From assembly GCA_039811685.1 (NCBI GenBank), contig JBDHZC010000006.1, forward strand, positions 129,128 through 193,127: DNA of 64,000 bases, given 5' to 3'. Both the position numbers and the translations under genes were made by a program. The stretch is from Armatimonadota bacterium. GTDB taxonomy: Bacteria; Armatimonadota; UBA5829; DSUL01. Shown in pieces: positions 58,336 through 64,000 of this stretch (position 1 is its first letter; every line of letters begins with the position of its first letter). The notes under the pieces are model-generated. The model did no database searches. It saw only the letters and a list, made by a program, of their open reading frames with translations, and was not told where the DNA came from.

Positions 58336-59310
58336 CTAGAGAGGTCCGTCGGCCAGACACTTCTCGACCAGCGTTCGAATACTGGCGGTGGCTAGTCCGA
58401 TACACGTATCTGCGCATCCGTAGTAGATGTTGAGCGTATCTGGATCATCTCCAAACTGCAAAGCGGCAGTAGGGAAGACAACGTTATTCACCTGCCCCAC
58501 CTGCTCGTAGAGCTCCTGTGGCCACATCAGACAGTCCCGCATCTTACCGATAACGCGGGACGGATCGGCAAGGTCCAGCAGCATGCACCCGGCGCTGTAC
58601 TGAAAGCCGTTCATGCTTTCGCGGCATCCATGGTAGATGCAGAGCCAGCCCTGAGCCGTTTTCACCGGCGGGGCGCCTGGGCCGATCTTCGCGCTTTCCC
58701 AGTAGCGGGTGTTGCGCTCCAGCACCAGTTTCGTGCGTCCCCAGTGGATGAGATCAGGGGAGTACGAAATATAGATGTCGCCTGAATCGCCCACGTTCGG
58801 ACGTTCGAGGCGCGCATAAGCGCCGTTGATCTTCTCCGGAAACAGCACACAGTTGCGGTGGTCTGGCTGTGTGATAAAGCCAAGGTCTTCCAGACGGCTG
58901 AAATCGCGCGTGCGGCACAGGCGAATGCGCCCGCCAAGGCGACTGGCAACATTGTATGTGATGTAGTACCACCCCTCCAGCTTCGTAATGCGGGTATCGA
59001 AAATCCCTTCATGGGGCACGTACGGGTACTCATCTGGCGGAACCACAACATTCTGCGGGGACACTTCAAAGCGCACGCCATCCAGACTTCTGGCCCACAT
59101 AAACTTTGGAGTCCAGTCGCTCGTCCAGGTGTTGACCAGCATCATCACCGATCCATCATCCGCGACGACAGCGCCGGAATTGAAAACGCAGTTAGCGCGG
59201 TCCGGAATGTCGTCGACCGTGAGAATGGGGTTTGCGCCGTAGCGTGTAACGAATGTTTCCATGGTACTACTGGTGTTAGCCACCGCAACTTCCGTCGCCT
59301 GCCAGTGCAC
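58336..59310 (-). CDS. GH130-family glycoside phosphorylase/hydrolase
   Basis: NPIL, FNSGA, DTRIT, LFPEKING, KIGPG and YYGCAD motifs. The start may be at 59262. Confidence 0.88.
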   Translation of the reverse strand: MHWQATEVAVANTSSTMETFVTRYGANPILTVDDIPDRANCVFNSGAVVADDGSVMMLVNTWTSDWTPKFMWARSLDGVRFEVSPQNVVVPPDEYPYVPHEGIFDTRITKLEGWYYITYNVASRLGGRIRLCRTRDFSRLEDLGFITQPDHRNCVLFPEKINGAYARLERPNVGDSGDIYISYSPDLIHWGRTKLVLERNTRYWESAKIGPGAPPVKTAQGWLCIYHGCRESMNGFQYSAGCMLLDLADPSRVIGKMRDCLMWPQELYEQVGQVNNVVFPTAALQFGDDPDTLNIYYGCADTCIGLATASIRTLVEKCLADGPL

Positions 59311-59330
59311 GCGCGACTCCTGAGAAAAAC

Positions 59331-61109
59331 TCAGGGAGTAAGCTCCGAGCGGACCATTTCGACATCTTTTTCATACTCGGCGCCCTGCGATTTCTCAGGA
59401 ACTCTGTTGTTTTCCAGAGTGACGTGTTTGCTACTCTCGATGTAGATCGCTGAGTGGCCTGACACTCGCGTGGGCATTCGGCAGGCCTGTTCCACGCGAT
59501 TGCCCCGCAGTGTGATGCGGTCTGTGGACGTTACAAAAATGCCGGAGTTATCACAGCCACGAATGAGATTGTCCTCAAAGAGGATGTTCTGGTGCACGCC
59601 AGCCTGCTGCGGATAGTGAAAATCTTTTGTCAACGCATAACAGCTCAGCACACCCTCACCAAGCGGCCCGCCGTAGTTGCAGTTGTCGAAAGCGCATCTT
59701 CGCACTGTGATGTCCCGCGTCCCAATAGCTTCGAAGAAATAGACTGTCTCAGTCATCACCCACACTCCACCTGAAGTGACATCCTTGAACTGACAGTCTT
59801 CAATCAGCGCATTGCGTGTCTGGATCAGGAATCCCCTGGCCCGGTTGTTGCGCACATTCACGTTCTTAATGTGAACGCTGGGCGCAATGGATGAGTTGGC
59901 CAGAACGTCTCCAGGCTTCAGAGAGGCAGGGAGCTTGGCTTCAAACGAGATACGGTGCATGCCGCCCTCTTCGAGGGAGGAGGCGCGCACAACACGCGTA
60001 GTGTAGGGAATCAACACATCGCGGCGCGATATCTCGATTACGCTACCGGGGTCCGGAGGGGCTGGAAACTTGAGGTTGTGCTGGGCCAATACCGTATGGT
60101 CGTCAACAATCTGCTCAACCGACAGATAGAGTCCGCTCTTGATATTGACAGCGTCGTCCCCCATCCCGTCGAAGGTGCAGTTCTGAATGTGAACGAAGCC
60201 CTTCCCACCCGCAAAGTGCGTCGCGTCAGCGGTTGCGCTCATCAAACGGCCAGAGCCGGGACGCGGAAGAACGTTAAAGTTGTCCAGCGTGACGTTAGCC
60301 GACAGATTTGACACCAGCCCCATGCCTGGGCACGCATAAACATTGATATTTTGCGCCAACACTTCCGCACAGTGGTCGAAAACGAAAGCGTTGTAGCCAT
60401 ACACCTGATGGCGCAGCACTGCGTAGTGGCCGACTTTGATAGAAACGGGATCGGAAGTGAAAACCCGCAACACCTGGGGACTGATAAGCTCTGCTTTCTT
60501 ATCAGCCAGGTACACATCCAGCCCATGCCGGACATAGGTCTTCGTCTGCGGGTCCCAGTCCATGAACGCCTGCACCGGCTCCCCGCCCTTTACAGGATAG
60601 TCCGGACCAAACCGGACATCGAAGGTTCTGTCGCCCACAGCAATGACCTCACCGACAGAAAACGGTGGGCGCTCCCAGTCAATACAAAGGTTCTTGACTG
60701 TTATGCCTGAACAGTCCGCAAAGTAAAAGCACGAGTTCAGCCCTTCAAAGCGAAGCTCTGACCCGTTTCCTTCAATCGTCAGATTCCGAATACCCTTTGC
60801 GACAAACGGGAGGTGAACCGTGGGACCAGCCTCCGGATTCTCCACTCCTGGACCGTACGCAGTAGCCACGGAGGCTGTCCTTGCCCGATCGCTCGATCTA
60901 ATGTGATAGATCCCTTTTGGAAAGACGAGCCGAGGGCTGTCAACAGAACTGCATTTCTCCAGAGCTCGAGCTATGGCGGCGGCATCGGTTTCACCGGACG
61001 CTCGCTCTACCACAACGTCGGTAGCGTGACCGCATGCAGCCACCAGAGACAGCAGTATCGTGATAATGAGTGTCAATCCCGCAAAAGCAGAACCAGAAAA
61101 CGTGAACAT
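59331..61109 (-). CDS. Right-handed beta-helix protein, GH110 alpha-galactosidase-like
   Basis: FPKGIYH, IDWERPP, ADATHF, GDDAVN and NNRARG motifs with a signal peptide. Confidence 0.78.
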   Translation of the reverse strand: MFTFSGSAFAGLTLIITILLSLVAACGHATDVVVERASGETDAAAIARALEKCSSVDSPRLVFPKGIYHIRSSDRARTASVATAYGPGVENPEAGPTVHLPFVAKGIRNLTIEGNGSELRFEGLNSCFYFADCSGITVKNLCIDWERPPFSVGEVIAVGDRTFDVRFGPDYPVKGGEPVQAFMDWDPQTKTYVRHGLDVYLADKKAELISPQVLRVFTSDPVSIKVGHYAVLRHQVYGYNAFVFDHCAEVLAQNINVYACPGMGLVSNLSANVTLDNFNVLPRPGSGRLMSATADATHFAGGKGFVHIQNCTFDGMGDDAVNIKSGLYLSVEQIVDDHTVLAQHNLKFPAPPDPGSVIEISRRDVLIPYTTRVVRASSLEEGGMHRISFEAKLPASLKPGDVLANSSIAPSVHIKNVNVRNNRARGFLIQTRNALIEDCQFKDVTSGGVWVMTETVYFFEAIGTRDITVRRCAFDNCNYGGPLGEGVLSCYALTKDFHYPQQAGVHQNILFEDNLIRGCDNSGIFVTSTDRITLRGNRVEQACRMPTRVSGHSAIYIESSKHVTLENNRVPEKSQGAEYEKDVEMVRSELTP

Positions 61110-61296
61110 ACGGTCTCCCTTATTGAAGGCAGCGGTGTTCACCTTCGCCCGAGACTATCAGCGCCGCGTCCGGGTGCTGAGCACAGGAGATAGTGTCTGG
61201 CGACTTTGGAGCAATATGAAACAATCTGGCCAGCCGGACTTGTGCGAAACGGGTTGCGCAGCGCAGATAGGGAAGAAAAACAGTCAAAGATACTGA

Positions 61297-61326
61297 TTGA
61301 CAAATAGACCCGCATACCCTTTTAAT
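61297..61326 (+). promoter_or_regulatory. Sigma70 promoter for the large secreted protein
   Basis: TTGACA-N18-TTTAAT. Confidence 0.6.
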
Positions 61327-61393
61327 TGTAGTGCTACATCCATCGGGCAGCGTAGTTGTGGCCATCTTCGCGCTCTGCAGTCTATTCCGGAGA

Positions 61394-61420
61394 GCCGGCG
61401 TGCATTCGCCGGCGTTTTTT
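61394..61420 (+). terminator. Intrinsic terminator inside the 5' leader
   Basis: GCCGGCG-TGCATT-CGCCGGC-G-TTTTTT. Confidence 0.6.
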
Positions 61421-61541
61421 GGTTGGCAGCCCTCTGGCAGGTGACTCTGCTGTGGGTGACGTTTTGCAGGCTGTACGATGTCCTCCAGACAACTTCGCAC
61501 GCCAGTAGTGTGATGGATTCTGCCAGAAAAGGAGGCATACA

Positions 61542-64000
61542 TTGAAATCCAGACTGCGTTTGTTACGCCCAGCGCTGGGAGTAACGCTTGCGTGCGCAGC
61601 GTCGCTAGCACTGTGCGCAAAAACCGCGCAGGCTAACGTCTTCGCCAGCGACCTGCGGTGGAGCGCGCCAGCCGTCGACGCGACGCAACCCTCTCCGAGT
61701 GTCAGCCTGTCCTTCAGGCTCAACGAAGCTGCGGACGTCTGCCGGGTTGAGATCTGGCGGTCGGACACCAACGCGCTGGTGCGGACCGTCAATCTGGGCG
61801 CAAAGCCCGTTGGGCTCAACACCTACTCGTGGGATCTGAAGAACGACTCAAACGCTCTTGTTCCCACAAACGTAGAGTATCGCTTCAAAGTGTACGCCGA
61901 AGCCGCCGGGTACAGCTCGTGGACCCAAATATCAGACGACAACCTCAGCGGGGCTAAGTACTTCAGCGGGCGAAGTCTCGCGGTGAACAGAGACCCAAAC
62001 AGCCGCTACTTCGGGCACATCTATGTCCTTAACGTAACAGCGGGGACAACCGGCGGTCGCACCACACCCAAAGGCCTTTATGCTATCCACCCGGATTTTG
62101 CGGATGCCGTTGGTCAAGGTGACACCGCTATCCTTGGTAACGTCGCCTGGGCCGCTTCTGTGTCCAGTCCGTTTCGCATTAACGTAGGCGATGATGGGAA
62201 GCTTTACCTCTTTGACTTTGCGGATGCTCACAGTGGCGTCTGGGTGGCTCCTGGAGATCTCTCCGGGACGTGGCCCTCTATTCTAGACCCGTCAACGGGA
62301 GAGAACTCAACGAACGTCGGCTACCCATTCGATCCGGGCGTAGCATCCCCCCCTGCCGTACATGGCAGTGAGGGAAAAGGCTTTGTCTATGGTAAGGGTC
62401 TCAACCGCGTGCTTTACACGACCGACGAGGATCTCTACCCTGCCGGCGGACACAACGTCCACGGTAAGGGAAGTGTCTGGAAGTATCCGATAGGGCCGCT
62501 GGACCAGGAGTACAGACAGGTCCCGCAGGTTGTCTACGACGACAGCGCGCTGGACATGAACTTCAACCTCAACAGTGCCATTGCCCGTGATGCGGCCGGG
62601 AACATCTACCAAACTCAGAACCGCTTCGACGGCAACGAGAGCTGCTTGTGGAAGATTGACCCAACCGGAACTGTGGTCTGGAAATCTCTCAGTGTGTTTG
62701 GCAAACCTGACCCATTCCTGGGGAACTATGGCGGAGTAGCTGTCGATGACGCACGTGGTCGACTGGCCGCCGCCGGTTCCAGCATTTATGTGCTCGGGCT
62801 TTCTCTGGACCCCTCCACTCTGACCAAAGTCGGTGGTGGCGCGGTTGTGTGGGCGGCTGGCAACAACAGCTCGATTCGCTACAACAGCAATTTCACCACC
62901 GCTTTTGCTGCTCAGGCGGCTCCGGCTTCAGGCCAGCAGATCAACGACGTCGCGATTTCCAACACCAGCACTGCCACAGGCCCTCCGCCCACAGTGAATG
63001 GCTACGCAGTCGGAAATAACGGCGCAATCTGGAACTTCTCCGCGATGACAACTTGGTCGGCGGACACGTCTCCTATCACAACTAACTTGAATGGCGTAAC
63101 GACTATCCAGCGCACGCCGATCCAGGGCTGGGCGGTTGGTGACGGTGGCGCGATCCTGAGTAATCTCGGCGGGACGTGGAATATTGACCAGGCTGCAGGC
63201 GTAGTGACGAGTAACAATCTGAACAAGATCGGCGCGTGCGCCATCAGCTATGCCGCCACGCCGACCTATGACCTCTACGCCGTTGGTAACAGCGGAACGA
63301 TTCTGCAGCGCCTTGATGCCAGCAACCTGGATGCTCCAACCCAATGGACGCAGCAATCATCCGGCACAACACAGAATCTGAATGATATCAGCGTCATTTC
63401 TTTCGCCATTTCGACGGCGACAACGGCGGCTTATGCAGTCGGTGACGCGGGTACGATTCTAAAGACTACGGACGGCGGCGCGACGTGGACTGCACAGACA
63501 TCTCCGACGTCAAACAACTTGCGCGGAGTGTCGGCGCCCACGGCGCTGTTTGCGTTTGCCGTTGGCGACGGTGGTGTCATTATCAAGACCTCAGACGGTG
63601 GCGCGACCTGGACGTCTGTAACATCGCCGACAACCTCCAAGCTCACTGCGTGCTTCTTCCGGGACACGAAGACCGGCTGGATTGTTGGTGAGGGTGGCAA
63701 GCTGTACCGCACGACCAATGGCGGCGCTTCCTGGGTGCTGGCGACCGGAACCGGCACGGACAATCTGAATGCAGTTGTGGCCTTGCCGTTTGGCAATGGC
63801 ACTCCGCGCGATGTGGCATTTGACGCTGCTGGCAACCTCTATGAGATCAACAACGGCACAGAGCGTCTCCGTGTCTATTCTCCGCCAGACGGCCCGAACA
63901 ACTTTACAACAACAAGCTTTGGAAAGTTCGTTCCGACGAGTGGTGACGCGACGAAGCCGGCCACACCTGTGGTGACAGCGCCTGCGACCTCCTCCAGCTC
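61542..64000 (+). CDS. Large secreted protein (FlgD-Ig + beta-propeller + YCF48-like repeats), 3' truncated, absent from the ORF track
   Basis: AAAAGGAGG RBS and TTG start: MKSRLRLLRPALGVTLACAASLALCAKTAQA-NVFASDL... The frame reads open to the window end, with repeats such as AVGDAGTILKTTDGGATW. Confidence 0.88.
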   Translation, partial: MKSRLRLLRPALGVTLACAASLALCAKTAQANVFASDLRWSAPAVDATQPSPSVSLSFRLNEAADVCRVEIWRSDTNALVRTVNLGAKPVGLNTYSWDLKNDSNALVPTNVEYRFKVYAEAAGYSSWTQISDDNLSGAKYFSGRSLAVNRDPNSRYFGHIYVLNVTAGTTGGRTTPKGLYAIHPDFADAVGQGDTAILGNVAWAASVSSPFRINVGDDGKLYLFDFADAHSGVWVAPGDLSGTWPSILDPSTGENSTNVGYPFDPGVASPPAVHGSEGKGFVYGKGLNRVLYTTDEDLYPAGGHNVHGKGSVWKYPIGPLDQEYRQVPQVVYDDSALDMNFNLNSAIARDAAGNIYQTQNRFDGNESCLWKIDPTGTVVWKSLSVFGKPDPFLGNYGGVAVDDARGRLAAAGSSIYVLGLSLDPSTLTKVGGGAVVWAAGNNSSIRYNSNFTTAFAAQAAPASGQQINDVAISNTSTATGPPPTVNGYAVGNNGAIWNFSAMTTWSADTSPITTNLNGVTTIQRTPIQGWAVGDGGAILSNLGGTWNIDQAAGVVTSNNLNKIGACAISYAATPTYDLYAVGNSGTILQRLDASNLDAPTQWTQQSSGTTQNLNDISVISFAISTATTAAYAVGDAGTILKTTDGGATWTAQTSPTSNNLRGVSAPTALFAFAVGDGGVIIKTSDGGATWTSVTSPTTSKLTACFFRDTKTGWIVGEGGKLYRTTNGGASWVLATGTGTDNLNAVVALPFGNGTPRDVAFDAAGNLYEINNGTERLRVYSPPDGPNNFTTTSFGKFVPTSGDATKPATPVVTAPATSSS

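Overview
A GC-rich, gene-dense bacterial chromosomal window. The PEP-CTERM style and the C-terminal module of the large secreted protein suggest Armatimonadota, which is an inference. Housekeeping content: the 3' end of a CCA-adding enzyme, smpB, rlmN, two tandem thymidylate-kinase-like genes, five tRNAs (Ser-GCT, Val-TAC, Asp-GTC, Phe-GAA, Thr-CGT) and a three-gene succinate dehydrogenase of the actinobacterial Sdh1 type. Regulatory content: two ECF sigma/anti-sigma modules, Fur-family, LuxR-family and SpoIIE-family genes. Accessory metabolism: an ergothioneine locus (egtB-egtD converging on a betaine-type ABC importer plus a PLP C-S lyase candidate), a complete nrfHA-ccsBA ammonification operon, and a separate three-gene nirK operon with a palindromic operator. 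The last 16 kb is dominated by secreted and surface proteins: two PEP-CTERM proteins, a multidomain clan GH-A hydrolase, GH130/GH110-like/DUF1080 genes, and a large ORF (61542 to the window end) missing from the supplied track. The most notable observations are a shared FlgD-Ig/beta-propeller module into which a YCF48-type propeller is nested, a duplicated C-terminal module that may be a sorting or anchoring domain, structured 5' leaders (one containing a terminator) before the surface-protein genes, and a CCxxC membrane protein co-transcribed with nirK. No CRISPR array, integrase or transposase was seen.
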